Shown: positions 32,301 through 41,123, numbered from the stretch's first letter. The stretch is DNA of 63,412 bases from Gemmatimonadota bacterium (GCA_039588275.1 JBDHAC010000014.1:1-63412); one strand, 5' to 3'. The notes: generated by a model from the letters alone, not told the origin. Program-made: numbers and translations.

Positions 32301-32469
32301 GCTAACGCGTACCGACGGATTCGAGGACGAGATGACGGGCGTCCGAACCCGGTTCGACGACTTCGTCGGCACCCGCCTGACCGAGCTGAACGCCGCCCTC
32401 GCCGAGCGTGAGATCGAGCCGCTGGTACCCACCACCCGCGAGGAGTGGGACGCGGCAGCCGGAGGCTAA
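29344..32469 (+). CDS. Secreted VPS10/sortilin-like BNR beta-propeller protein (paralog of 4247-7624)
   Basis: RAIGPAVMSGRI, Asp-boxes, VHSDHHALWVNP, GGLQDNGTW, RFNWNTPI, GTHGRGIYILDDLTPL. Confidence 0.85.
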   Translation: MSTRCRLVSVPAAAVLVATAGLGTARPTAAQIPITSADLGGLPARAIGPAVMSGRIAAIDAVPGDPLIIYVGAASGGVWKSTNAGTTFEPVFDAHTQSIGAIAIDPSDPETVWVGTGETWVRNSVSIGTGLYRTTDDGESWQFMGLGDSERIARIAIDPNDGQTVFVCATGHLWDANEERGVFRTRDGGETWDRVLYVDDDTGCADLAMDPHAPSILYAGMWEYRRWPWFFKSGGPGSGLYRSTDGGESWEELTDGLPEGEKGRIGVAVAPSRPNVVYAVVEADSTALYRSDDLGSTWNEVSSGGQVRSRPFYYAHVIVDPTDHQRVYKMAQSMGISMDGGETFGGIGGSPFGGGVHSDHHALWVNPDNPSELLLGTDGGLYISQDRSRTWRHVRTLPLSQFYEISYDMEWPYNVYGGLQDNGTWTGASRARGGVRNRDWRNIFPGDGFHAFVDPGDSEFIYVESQGGNLQRISRTTGEQREIRPYASPYEPALRFNWNTPIHVSRANPGTLYVGAQYVFRSRDRGDSWERMSPDLTTDDPEKQRQKESGGLTIDNSTAENHTTIYTISESPLDPAVVWAGTDDGNLHVTRDGGMTWTNVVGAVGVPANTWVSHVEASPHGASTAFVTFDGHRTGDMAPYVFRTDDHGGTWTSLATESLNGYAHVIKQDPENPDLLYLGTEMGLFLSLDGGQNWARLTAENGGLPPVAVRDLAIHPRDHDLIIGTHGRGIYILDDLTPLRHLTSEALTAEVTMLPTRAAAMTPAGSLQEFPGDAEFAGENPPEAAGIVYYQPRRHLFGDLTVEVLDGEGRSVASMAGSKRRGFNRVDWQMRLRPPRVPPATGFVNVFRGPRALEGAYTVRLTKGDNTYEGEVAILPDPRSPHTAEDRRLAQQTSLRLYRLLEDLTYMVETAIELRDAAKAAVVEVDESSRLGRRLTAYADELETYRTDLVQSSERGLDRSADKLRERMGNLFGSVSGYDGRPSDSQLTRTDGFEDEMTGVRTRFDDFVGTRLTELNAALAEREIEPLVPTTREEWDAAAGG

Positions 32470-32606
32470 TCACCGGCTCGACGCATCTTGACGTCCGGCC
32501 ACTCTGACCACGGCCGAGATGATACGTCCCTATCGACCCGACCGCGTCAAATCACGCGGGCGGCTCTGATCGGACCGGCCCACGCAGCTCCTACACCCAG
32601 AGTCGT

Positions 32607-32722
32607 GCTTGCCCCACAACGAATGCAGGGCTTCTCCTGACTTGCGCGGGGGGAAAGCCGCGTCATGGTGGCCTTGTTCCTTGCCCCAGCCATGACGTGC
32701 AGCGGCGATGCGCGCCACGACT
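32607..32722 (+). repeat. Copy B of a conserved 116-nt non-coding element
   Basis: Ungapped match to the reverse complement of 24661-24776; ends 48 nt before ATG 32771. Confidence 0.7.
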
Positions 32723-32770
32723 GCTGGCAGCCGCACCTGACGTACCCCAAACGGCAAGAGGGGTGGCCCC

Positions 32771-33619
32771 ATGAGACGTACCACGATGATACCCGTTGCG
32801 GCTCTCGCGCTTCTACTTCTTCTGGCCGCGTGCGAGCGCGAAGCGCTGGACCCCATCGCGCCCGATGTCGCATTCAATGCCCAGGAGGCTCCGGCTTTGT
32901 GCCGCTTCAGCGAAGGAGTGACGATCCGTGGCACCACCATCTACGGCACCGAGGAGCGGGATGTGATCCTCTGCCACGACAGTGGTGAGACCCGTGACCT
33001 CCGCATCTTCGGGCTCGGAGGCGACGACACGATCTTGGGCGGACCCGGAGACGACTACCTTTCGGGCGGACCCGGTTGTGACCGGATCCTTGGGCTCGAC
33101 GGAGACGATGAACTCGATGGCGGCCCCGGAGATGACATACCGGAGGCCGGACCGGGCGATGGTTGTGATTTCAACCTCGCACTGGGACGGGTCGGTGGCC
33201 TCTGGGGTGGCAACGGAGACGACATCCTGCGAGGCGGTCCCGGGTTCGACCGGCTGTTCGGCGGGTTTGGCGAGGACGACCTCGACGGCGGCGAGGGTTG
33301 TGACAACGTGCGCGGTGGCCCGGACAACGATCGGGTTGCCGGCGGTCCCGGGCACGATTTGAGAGGGCCCAGGGAGATCTACCTGGGCGGTAACGCGACC
33401 ATCATCGCCGGCTGCGGCGACGATCCGGACGACCCGAACGACCAGCTCTTCTGGGGCGGCGTTCGAGGCGAGGGCGGCGACGATCTCGTGCTCGGCGGTC
33501 CGGGCCTGGATTCGCACGTCGGCCATGGTGGGTACGACGTGTGTGATGGAGGTCCACCGCAGCGAGGCAGCGAGCAGCAGTTCTTCCACGAGACCTGCGA
33601 AGAGGTCATCCAGCGGTAA
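32771..33619 (+). CDS. Lipoprotein with hemolysin-type (RTX) Ca-binding nonapeptide repeats
   Basis: MRR + hydrophobic stretch + LAAC; many GGxGDDxLx repeats. Confidence 0.8.
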   Translation: MRRTTMIPVAALALLLLLAACEREALDPIAPDVAFNAQEAPALCRFSEGVTIRGTTIYGTEERDVILCHDSGETRDLRIFGLGGDDTILGGPGDDYLSGGPGCDRILGLDGDDELDGGPGDDIPEAGPGDGCDFNLALGRVGGLWGGNGDDILRGGPGFDRLFGGFGEDDLDGGEGCDNVRGGPDNDRVAGGPGHDLRGPREIYLGGNATIIAGCGDDPDDPNDQLFWGGVRGEGGDDLVLGGPGLDSHVGHGGYDVCDGGPPQRGSEQQFFHETCEEVIQR

Positions 33620-33626
33620 CTGAGGA

Positions 33627-33651
33627 GGGGCGGCTCCACAGGAGCCGCCCC
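33627..33651. terminator. GC hairpin just after the stop codon
   Basis: ggggcggctcc-aca-ggagccgcccc; no U-tract. Confidence 0.5.
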
Positions 33652-33732
33652 GCACTCCCTCCCCGGCGGCGGCTTAGGTTTCGTCGAGCCAGACCACTCG
33701 AGTTCGCAGCGATCGCCTGGCGGACGGCGCAT

Positions 33733-34233
33733 CTAGGTGATCAGCAATACCACTCCGGCAAGTGCCAGAGACAGGAACACCATGACCACCGCGCCACGAG
33801 CATGGGATCTCAATTGGTGGAGGTAGTCCCTGTAGCCCGCCATGCCTTCCGTGTTCGGAATGACAAGCCGTTTCGGTGTGATCGTGCAGTAGATGAGCCA
33901 ATCCAGTACGACCAACTCGAAGACATTGGCCATGAGGAGTACGGCCAAGACATGGCCAGTAAGGGCCAAGTACGAAACGTCGCTCCCGTGCTCGCTCTTG
34001 AGTGCGAGGCCGAATGCAAGAGGAATCCCGATCGCGAGAGCGATAACGGGAAGCAAGAACAACTGCGCCTGCAGCTTTTCCCGTCTCGTGAGCGGTGGGA
34101 CCCTGTCCTGGATGTCCTTTGGCAAATCGTTGCGAGCGAAGCGAGGATTGAAGAGTACGGCCAGCAGGAATATGAGCGAGACCAGTACGGAGAGAATCGC
34201 TCCGTAAACGACAATGCCGCGGATGTCGAGCAT
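33733..34233 (-). CDS. Four-TM membrane protein of unknown function
   Basis: Hydrophobic helices; DLPKDIQ, LDWLIYCTITP..VIPNTEG..GYRDY..H. Visibly more AT-rich than its neighbours. Confidence 0.7.
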   Translation of the reverse strand: MLDIRGIVVYGAILSVLVSLIFLLAVLFNPRFARNDLPKDIQDRVPPLTRREKLQAQLFLLPVIALAIGIPLAFGLALKSEHGSDVSYLALTGHVLAVLLMANVFELVVLDWLIYCTITPKRLVIPNTEGMAGYRDYLHQLRSHARGAVVMVFLSLALAGVVLLIT

Positions 34234-34313
34234 CCTGGACTCTCTCACACAGAGCGCGTCAACCGCGCCCTCTGACGTGAATGCGCGGCCAAGGGCGTCA
34301 GCGGGCGCGGAGC

Positions 34314-35300
34314 CTAATCATCCAGGTTCTCGTCACCCGCTCGCATCGACCGGTACACGGCTTCGACGAGGCGGAGGTCCCGCCGCGCCAGCTCGAGCGT
34401 GTACGCGGGTTCTCTCTCTCCTCGCAGCGTCGCCAGGAAATCGCGGAACATGGCGCGGTAGCCGGCGATGTCCCGTAGTCCCGGGAGGATCACCCGCTTC
34501 CGCCGGCCCCGAATGACGACGAACAGCCCGTTGGACTCGAACGTGATCGATCCCTCGCGCCCGAACACCCTCGACAATCGCAGGCCCTTGAACAGCGACG
34601 GAACCTGCCAGGAGAAGAGCAGCGTCCCGACGGCCCCTCCCTCGTAGCGGATCGTGGCGGCGACGCTTCTCTCCAACCCTTCTTCGGAGCCGGCGCGAGC
34701 GCCCCGGATCGCCCGCACCTTCATGCCGAGGCTGGCGAGGAACGAGATCCAGTGTATCCCGCCCTCGAACAGCGCTCCGCCGCCGGACGTCTCCGCGTCG
34801 CCGCGCCAGTCATCGACGTGCTGCTCCTTGAGCGCGTTCACGTGCACGAACAGCACGTCGCCCACGGCGCGGTCCTCGAGCGCCCTCCGGAGCGCGGAGG
34901 TGAGCGGCTTGTAGAAGTAGTTCTCCGCCACAAGGACTTGACGATCCGCCTCACGCCGTGTCTCGATCACCGATTCGAAGTCCGAGGCGTGCAGGAAGGG
35001 CGGCTTCTCGACGATGACGTGCTTGCCGGCCCGAAGCGCCCGCAGCGTGAGATCCAGGTGCGAGTCCGGCGGTGTGGCGACCAGCACGACGTCGATCGAT
35101 GGATCCCCGAGAGCCGCCTCGTACGAGCCGAAGTGGCCGCTGCCGCCATGCTTGCGGCTGTAAGCCTCCGCTCGCTCGCTATCCCGGCTCGCGTAGAAGC
35201 GGTGCACGCCGGGATCCACTCTGGCCAGCGTGCGGCTGTGCAGCCGCGTCGCGTAGCCACACCCCAGAAACGCCAGATTCAGAGGCTGCCGCCCGGTCAT
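34314..35300 (-). CDS. Gfo/Idh/MocA family oxidoreductase
   Basis: AFLGCG, VATPPDSH, GKHVIVEKP, GGGALFEGGIH. Confidence 0.9.
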   Translation of the reverse strand: MTGRQPLNLAFLGCGYATRLHSRTLARVDPGVHRFYASRDSERAEAYSRKHGGSGHFGSYEAALGDPSIDVVLVATPPDSHLDLTLRALRAGKHVIVEKPPFLHASDFESVIETRREADRQVLVAENYFYKPLTSALRRALEDRAVGDVLFVHVNALKEQHVDDWRGDAETSGGGALFEGGIHWISFLASLGMKVRAIRGARAGSEEGLERSVAATIRYEGGAVGTLLFSWQVPSLFKGLRLSRVFGREGSITFESNGLFVVIRGRRKRVILPGLRDIAGYRAMFRDFLATLRGEREPAYTLELARRDLRLVEAVYRSMRAGDENLDD

Positions 35301-36940
35301 ACGACGCTCCCCCCCGGGGAACTCTCGGCCTGCTCCCCGGTGGATACGCCGTGCTCGGCCAGAACGTGCTCACCCACGCGCAGCGCGTTGGCCGCGATCG
35401 TCAGGCTCGGATTCAGACCGGCGGAGGTCGGCATGAAGCTCCCATCCACGACGTACAGGTTCTCGACCCCCCGGAAGCGGCAATGCGGGTCGAGCGCGGT
35501 GGTGGCCGGGTCTTCGCCCGCTCGGACGGTCCCGACCGCATGCGAGAAGGTTCGGATGTCGTGCACGTACGAAACCAGTCCTCCCGCGGCTCGCAATACG
35601 CGCTTCGCCTGCCGGACCAGCGCCTGGCAGGCAGCCAGGTCACGAGGTGTGTAATGGTGCGCAATCGTCAGCTGCGGCAGACCGTAGCGATCCTCCACGG
35701 TCGGGTCCAGGGCTACCCGATTCTCGTACCGCGGCATGTCCTCCGCCATCACCAGTAGCCCGGTGAGGCGCCGTACGGCCGGCGCGAGCACCTGGCCCAC
35801 GGGCCACGGCAGCATGGCCTTCACGAGGCCCTCGGGCGGCGATTGCAGCTGCTGCATGCTCCCGAGCTTGCCGGGCGGGCTCTGCACCTCCGGGTGGCCG
35901 AAGTAGAAGTCGTGCATGGCGAGCTGCTTGTGAAACTCCGCGGGCTTGTTCGGATGCCTGAGGAAGAAGCCGAACACGATCGCGTTGCAGTGCCTCATCA
36001 GGTAGCGGCCGATCGTCTCGCCGCCCGGATTCATATCGGCCAGGTTCGAAGCCAGCAGGAGATGCGGCGAGCCGATAGCCCCCGCGCACAGAAACACGAG
36101 CTTTCCGCGGTACCGGCGGGGTCCGTCGGCCAACTTGTCGTGGCACAGCAGGGAGGTGATCCGTCCCGCCTCGGCCTCGAGGCGCGTAACGACGGTGTTC
36201 GCTTTCAGCTCGAGCCCGCGCCCGATCAGGTCGGGCAGGGTGTGGGTGGCCAGGTCGTTTTTCGCGCCGATGGCACACGCGAAGGTGTCGCACGTCGTGC
36301 AGGCCACGCACGCCGCCCGGCCATCCGCGGCCCGGTAGTTGATCGCCAGCGGCATTCGGAACGGCCGCAGGCCCAGCGAGCGCGCGGCTTCCCCGATCCT
36401 CCGCGAGGTCTCCGACAAACCGTCGAGGCGGTGCGGATAGGGCGAGCTGCGCGGCGGCTCGGTGGGATCCTGCCCCCCCTCCCCCGCCACACCGAGCAAC
36501 CGCTCGGCCCGCGCGTAGTACGGTTCCAGATCGGCGTAGCGGAACGGCCAAGCGGCCCCCGAATCGCCGACGATGTCGGGGTCAGCTTCGAAGTCCGCCT
36601 CTCGAAACCGCATCGAAACGCCACCGTAGAACACCGACGGCCCCCCCACGCAGCTGTAGGCACCCATGACTTTGGCGTTTCCACCCGCCAGGACACGGTA
36701 CGGGGTCTCGGTCGTGTAGAAGGGGGTCAGGTCGACCGAGGCGTCCTCGGCCCAGTTGTGCGGGCCGCGCTCCACCCAATCGCCCCTCTCCAGCATGAGC
36801 ACATCGAGCCCGGCACGAACGAGGGTGTGCGCGATGAAGGATCCGCCGAACCCGCTACCCACGATCACGGCGTCGTAGGCGCGCGACGAGTCCGTGCCTC
36901 CGGATCCTACTGCGGGGTCTGACGATCGCGAGTTGGACAT
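35297..36940 (-). CDS. GMC family FAD-dependent oxidoreductase
   Basis: IVGSGFGG, VGGPSVFYG, CVACTTCDTFAC, HAVGTVRAG, NLYVVDGSFMPTSAGLNPSLTIAANA; ATGA overlap with the Gfo gene. Confidence 0.9.
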   Translation of the reverse strand: MSNSRSSDPAVGSGGTDSSRAYDAVIVGSGFGGSFIAHTLVRAGLDVLMLERGDWVERGPHNWAEDASVDLTPFYTTETPYRVLAGGNAKVMGAYSCVGGPSVFYGGVSMRFREADFEADPDIVGDSGAAWPFRYADLEPYYARAERLLGVAGEGGQDPTEPPRSSPYPHRLDGLSETSRRIGEAARSLGLRPFRMPLAINYRAADGRAACVACTTCDTFACAIGAKNDLATHTLPDLIGRGLELKANTVVTRLEAEAGRITSLLCHDKLADGPRRYRGKLVFLCAGAIGSPHLLLASNLADMNPGGETIGRYLMRHCNAIVFGFFLRHPNKPAEFHKQLAMHDFYFGHPEVQSPPGKLGSMQQLQSPPEGLVKAMLPWPVGQVLAPAVRRLTGLLVMAEDMPRYENRVALDPTVEDRYGLPQLTIAHHYTPRDLAACQALVRQAKRVLRAAGGLVSYVHDIRTFSHAVGTVRAGEDPATTALDPHCRFRGVENLYVVDGSFMPTSAGLNPSLTIAANALRVGEHVLAEHGVSTGEQAESSPGGSVV

Positions 36941-37084
36941 GCGGATCGGAAGCTCGCAACCGAGCTGAGGGGACGCAACGTGTTCGGGGTCCGGATCGGC
37001 GGTCGTGGGTAGACCGCGTGACCACGCCGGCCCGACCCGGCACGAGGCTTGACCACTCGGGGCGCCGAACCGAGCTTGCGGGCC

Positions 37085-37567
37085 ATGAACATGCCCGGTC
37101 TGCTACTGTTCTTTCATATCCTGGGCTTCGCGCTCTGGCTCGGTGTGACCTTCACCCTCGCCGCCATCACCGTGCGCGCGGCGAGGTCGGACAACCGCGA
37201 CGTGGCCGCGTTCACGTACCGGGCCGCGAGCCATCTGCTCAAAGGACCTGGGCTGGTCGGGATGCTCCTGACGATGGCGTCGGGGTTCTGGCTGGCGGGG
37301 CTTCTCGACTACGGCTTCTTCCGGCCGTTCCCGGACCACTGGCTGTTCCAGATGCAGCTGCTCGGGTCGGTCGCGTTTCTGCTCGCATTGCTGTACCAGA
37401 TCCCGCTCGCCGACCGCCTGGCGCGCGCCGCGGAGGCGAGAGCGGCTGCCGGCGAAGACAGTGCGGCGTACGTGAAGTTCCGCAAGCGCAACGCGGTCGT
37501 CGGCTCGCTGATCGGGCTCTTCCTGCTGGTGTCGATCTTCATGGGGGCGGTCCGCCCCGGCAGCTGA
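37085..37567 (+). CDS. Four-TM membrane protein (DUF2269/CopD-like)
   Basis: LLFFHILGFALWLG start, four hydrophobic segments, C-terminal MGAVRPG. Confidence 0.65.
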   Translation: MNMPGLLLFFHILGFALWLGVTFTLAAITVRAARSDNRDVAAFTYRAASHLLKGPGLVGMLLTMASGFWLAGLLDYGFFRPFPDHWLFQMQLLGSVAFLLALLYQIPLADRLARAAEARAAAGEDSAAYVKFRKRNAVVGSLIGLFLLVSIFMGAVRPGS

Positions 37568-37655
37568 TCCCTCGCGGCGTCACTCGACCCGTCTCCACCC
37601 GTCTCCGTGTGCACCTGGCCCGGCAGATGCGTAGCCCGTGTCGTAGCCCGTGTCG

Positions 37656-39941
37656 CTACGGTGCGTCCGGATTCGAGAGCTGGAAGAGACGATCCGCCCG
37701 CACGAGGCTGCGGTCCGCTTCCTCGCGGTTGTCGACGAGCTCCTCGGCCAACCCCAGCGTGATGTAGGCGAGGTAGTACTGCGCCGGAATGCTGGCCCGG
37801 GTGGAGGGCTCGGGCCAGATGTCCCAATCCAGCAGGTAATCGAGCTGGAACACGTCCCACAGCAGCTCGCGCGATCGGGGACGATCGATCCACGGGGGAG
37901 AGCCGGGTAGCTGCTCGCCGATGTTCACCGTATCGACGGTCTCTTCGAGCGGGCCGTCCACCAGCTTGAACGCCAGCCCCTGTCGCAGCATGTGGGGCTG
38001 GAACCCCCACACCGAGTAGACCGGCGGCGCCGTCACCGCGAAGTACACGGGCCGGTCACCCAGTGAGTTCTGCGCGATGTGATACACCAGGATGTCCGGG
38101 TACGTCACGTAGTCCCCGGTCCGCAGGTACGCGTTGACCCAGTCGGTGACCCGCAGCACCGTGTCCTGCTGGATCGGCACCAACGTGGGTAACGCCTCGA
38201 TCTCCTCATCCGTGTAGTCGATGATCGAGCGCGTGGGCGGGGTTGCCGGGTGCTCGCGGTATGGACTGATGGCCGTCTCGTGGTCGAACGGACGCTGGCA
38301 CACGATCACCGTCGGGGTTTCCTCCGGATCCACGCCCGGCTCACACGGCGACGTGAGTTGGCGCAGCTGCCTGGGGTACCACTGCGTCCCCAGGTAGGAG
38401 TGGACGATGACCGTCACATCCCGCCGGATCCCCTCCACTTCCTGCAGATACCAGAGCGGGAACGTGTCGTTGTCGCCGTTGGTGAACAGGACCCCGTACG
38501 GCTCGACCGATTGCAGGATGTTGTACGCCCAGTCCCGGGCCGCGAAATCGCCCGCCCGGTTGGCCAACCCGAGGTTGAAGAGAAGCGGGACGAGCGCCAG
38601 GCCCAGCACGGGGGCCGCCCGCTTGTAGCCGGATGAGACGGCTCCCTCGACACCTTCGAGCCGCGCGTCGAAGTGGGCCGCCAGCTGGCCCCAGAGCGCC
38701 GTAATCCCCAGCCCGACGTACAACCCCCACAGGCTGAACCCGATGACGTAGAAGTAATCGCGTTCCCTCACCTCGTGATCGTTGATGTTCGGGACGGTAT
38801 CCGAGTACAGCGAATAGCCGTACTTGAAGTTGAGGTAGTAGACGAGCAGCAACGACATCGTGAACAGCAACGTCCCCAGGAACAGGAAGCTGTCCCGATC
38901 CCCCTTCCAGTGCTGCCACAAGCCCAGCAGCGCGAGGAACAGGAAGATCACGGTCACCGCCGAGCGCGGACCGCGTCCGAGCGTTCGCGCCCACTGCCAG
39001 TCGAAGTACTGCCAGTAGTTCGCGTACTGCGCGCCGAGCGGCGCCTGGCGCTCGCTCAACGGCGGCTTCGCGTATTGGTCCCGCATCAGCGACAGGGCGA
39101 GGTCCTCGCACACGACGCCGAGCTTCTTGTCCCCGTAGCGATCCTCGTACGTCTTGGGTATGAGCGCCTCGACCAGCGACGCGCACTCCGGGTCGGCCTC
39201 GTCGATGATCGGATTCTGGGCCGATCGGATCGGGACGAAGAGCAGCTGCACCGAAAACCCCACCGCGAGCATCAGCCCCGAGCCGAGGACCAGGCGCCAG
39301 CGCAGGATCGTCCGCCACCGGTGCCACAGCACGAAGAGGAGGAGCGCCGGGATCGGGAGGATCGACATCGTGTGATTCGCTGCGCCCAAGCCGATGATGA
39401 GCGCGATCAGCAGCAGGAGACGGTCTCCCCTCGGCGTCTCCGCCTCGTCCTCCCACACCAGCGCCAGGTAGGTGATGAGCGCGACGACGAACAACGAGAC
39501 CGTGTAGACCTTCTCGTTCAGGTTCGACTGCGTCCACACCGTGAACGCCGTGGCGCTCACGAACGTCGCCACCCACGCCCCTACGACGATATCGCGGCGG
39601 CTCTGCCAGAAGTGCGCGACGATTCGTGCTATGGACAGGAACCAGAACACGGCGGCCCCGGCCGAAAGCGTGGCGCTGAGCAGGTTGATGCGCACGGGAA
39701 CGCTCACCCCCGTCCACTCGAGGAGCAGGATCCACACACGCCCGATGACGACGAACAGAGGGTTCCCGGGCGGGTGTGGAATACCGAGGATCTGCGCGGT
39801 CGCGACGTACTCCGAGGTGTCCCAGAAACCCGTCGTCGGCGCGAGCGTCAGGACGTAGATGCACCAAACCAGCACGCCGCAGGCGAGGCCCCAGCCCCAC
39901 ACCGGGAGCGGCCCGACTTTCTCGCGCTCGATGCTGTTCAT
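37656..39941 (-). CDS. DUF2723 (TMEM260-like) GT-C fold membrane glycosyltransferase
   Basis: YVLTLAPT..FWDTSEY..LGIPHPPGNPLF, EVRERDYFY, LFTNGDNDTFPLWYLQEVEGIRRDV. Confidence 0.85.
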   Translation of the reverse strand: MNSIEREKVGPLPVWGWGLACGVLVWCIYVLTLAPTTGFWDTSEYVATAQILGIPHPPGNPLFVVIGRVWILLLEWTGVSVPVRINLLSATLSAGAAVFWFLSIARIVAHFWQSRRDIVVGAWVATFVSATAFTVWTQSNLNEKVYTVSLFVVALITYLALVWEDEAETPRGDRLLLLIALIIGLGAANHTMSILPIPALLLFVLWHRWRTILRWRLVLGSGLMLAVGFSVQLLFVPIRSAQNPIIDEADPECASLVEALIPKTYEDRYGDKKLGVVCEDLALSLMRDQYAKPPLSERQAPLGAQYANYWQYFDWQWARTLGRGPRSAVTVIFLFLALLGLWQHWKGDRDSFLFLGTLLFTMSLLLVYYLNFKYGYSLYSDTVPNINDHEVRERDYFYVIGFSLWGLYVGLGITALWGQLAAHFDARLEGVEGAVSSGYKRAAPVLGLALVPLLFNLGLANRAGDFAARDWAYNILQSVEPYGVLFTNGDNDTFPLWYLQEVEGIRRDVTVIVHSYLGTQWYPRQLRQLTSPCEPGVDPEETPTVIVCQRPFDHETAISPYREHPATPPTRSIIDYTDEEIEALPTLVPIQQDTVLRVTDWVNAYLRTGDYVTYPDILVYHIAQNSLGDRPVYFAVTAPPVYSVWGFQPHMLRQGLAFKLVDGPLEETVDTVNIGEQLPGSPPWIDRPRSRELLWDVFQLDYLLDWDIWPEPSTRASIPAQYYLAYITLGLAEELVDNREEADRSLVRADRLFQLSNPDAP

Positions 39942-40026
39942 CTACCTGCCATTCGGTCCAAACCGATCCGATCCGATCCGTTCGACACGCGTGGTCCCGA
40001 ACGGGTGGCTTCGCCCGCGGGGCGTG

Positions 40027-40074
40027 CGGCGCCGGAATAAACCCGTACGGCGCCGAAAAAAACCCGTACGGCGC
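40027..40074. repeat. 21-bp tandem repeat (about 2.3 copies), intergenic
   Basis: cggcgccggaataaacccgta / cggcgccgaaaaaaacccgta / cggcgc. Confidence 0.8.
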
Positions 40075-40110
40075 GCGGAAGCTAAGGGATCAGAGATCGA
40101 TTGGCCAAGC

Positions 40111-40153
40111 AAAACCGCCCGACGGTCACCCAGCTCGGCGGCCGTCGGGCGGT
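40111..40153 (-). terminator. Intrinsic terminator of the ECF-HEAT operon
   Basis: Minus strand accgcccgacgg...ccgtcgggcgg-tttt just after stop 40180. Confidence 0.65.
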
Positions 40154-40179
40154 GTTTCGGTTGGTGGTCGTGTCGTGGA

Positions 40180-40998
40180 TCAGGGTCCGCCGCCGAGCAA
40201 CTCCTCGAACAGCGCGAGCACGCGGGGATCTTCGCCCCGTTGACCGAGCCAGAAGATGGCCTTCTTACGGAGCTCGGGCTCCTCGTGGTCACGCGCGATC
40301 CGGATCAGGGCGTCGACCGCTGCTTCCTCTCGACGCTGCGATAGCGCGAAAACGGCGCTCTCTCGTACCTCGAGCTCGTCCTCGTCCTGGATGATGGACT
40401 CGAGGCCCTCGGTAGCGCGTTCGCTGGCCTCCTGGCCCAGCCAGAAGACAGCCTGACGCCGTGCCTTGCGGTGTACGTCATCGTTTCGCGCGATCTGGAG
40501 CAGCCGCGGCCATGCCTCGACGCCACGAGCGATCGTGGCGGGGAAGATCGCGTCCTCCGCCACGTCGGACCCGGCGGTCTCGGCCAGGGTCAGCAGGTAG
40601 TCGGCGGCCTCGGCCGGCGACACATCTCCCAGATCCGTCACATTGCCCGAACGCTCGGCCCAGGTCCCACCGACATCGGCGTCGAGTTCGCGGACGGCTC
40701 CACCCTGCACGCGCATCTCGATCCGGACCGGCCCCTCCTCGCACGCGCAGTCGCATTCGTCCGAATCCCCTCGCCGGATCCGGGTTTCACCGTCGGTGGA
40801 GATCCAGTGTCCGTTCCCGCATACCCCCGGGCGCGCCTCGTACTGGAATCGGACATACCCGTCCGGCGCCGCCGCGACGCGGCCGTCCAGGGTCTGCCCG
40901 GACAGATCGCTCGACCCGAAAGCCAGGAGAGCGCCCGCGAGCATCAGGCCACCTCCGGTGAGTCGGAGCTTCGCCGAACCGTGCCTCGTGTGTGTCAT
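40180..40998 (-). CDS. Exported HEAT-repeat protein with Cys-containing N-terminal domain
   Basis: Signal peptide; RPGVCGNG..CDCACEEGPVR; repeats RRQAVFWLGQ, RESAVFALSQ, RKKAIFWLGQ. Confidence 0.8.
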   Translation of the reverse strand: MTHTRHGSAKLRLTGGGLMLAGALLAFGSSDLSGQTLDGRVAAAPDGYVRFQYEARPGVCGNGHWISTDGETRIRRGDSDECDCACEEGPVRIEMRVQGGAVRELDADVGGTWAERSGNVTDLGDVSPAEAADYLLTLAETAGSDVAEDAIFPATIARGVEAWPRLLQIARNDDVHRKARRQAVFWLGQEASERATEGLESIIQDEDELEVRESAVFALSQRREEAAVDALIRIARDHEEPELRKKAIFWLGQRGEDPRVLALFEELLGGGP

Positions 40999-41123
40999 CG
41001 TGGTGCCCCGCTTCTTGTATGTCCCGCTTCTTGTGGGTTGTCGTGGCTCGAAGAGGCTGCCGCCGGAGATCCGCCGGCCGCGACACATGGCGTCCCGCGG
41101 CCGGTGTCGGATCTCGGTCCCGT

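Noticed and set aside
32668..32684. Sigma-54 promoter (TGGC..TTGC)
   Set aside because: GG to GC spacing is 11 nt rather than 10, and it is not conserved in copy A.
32703..32748. Fluoride riboswitch (ggcgatg..cgcc..)
   Set aside because: Pseudoknot and 3' AUGAC..CUAC elements are absent, and copy A breaks the P1 pairing.
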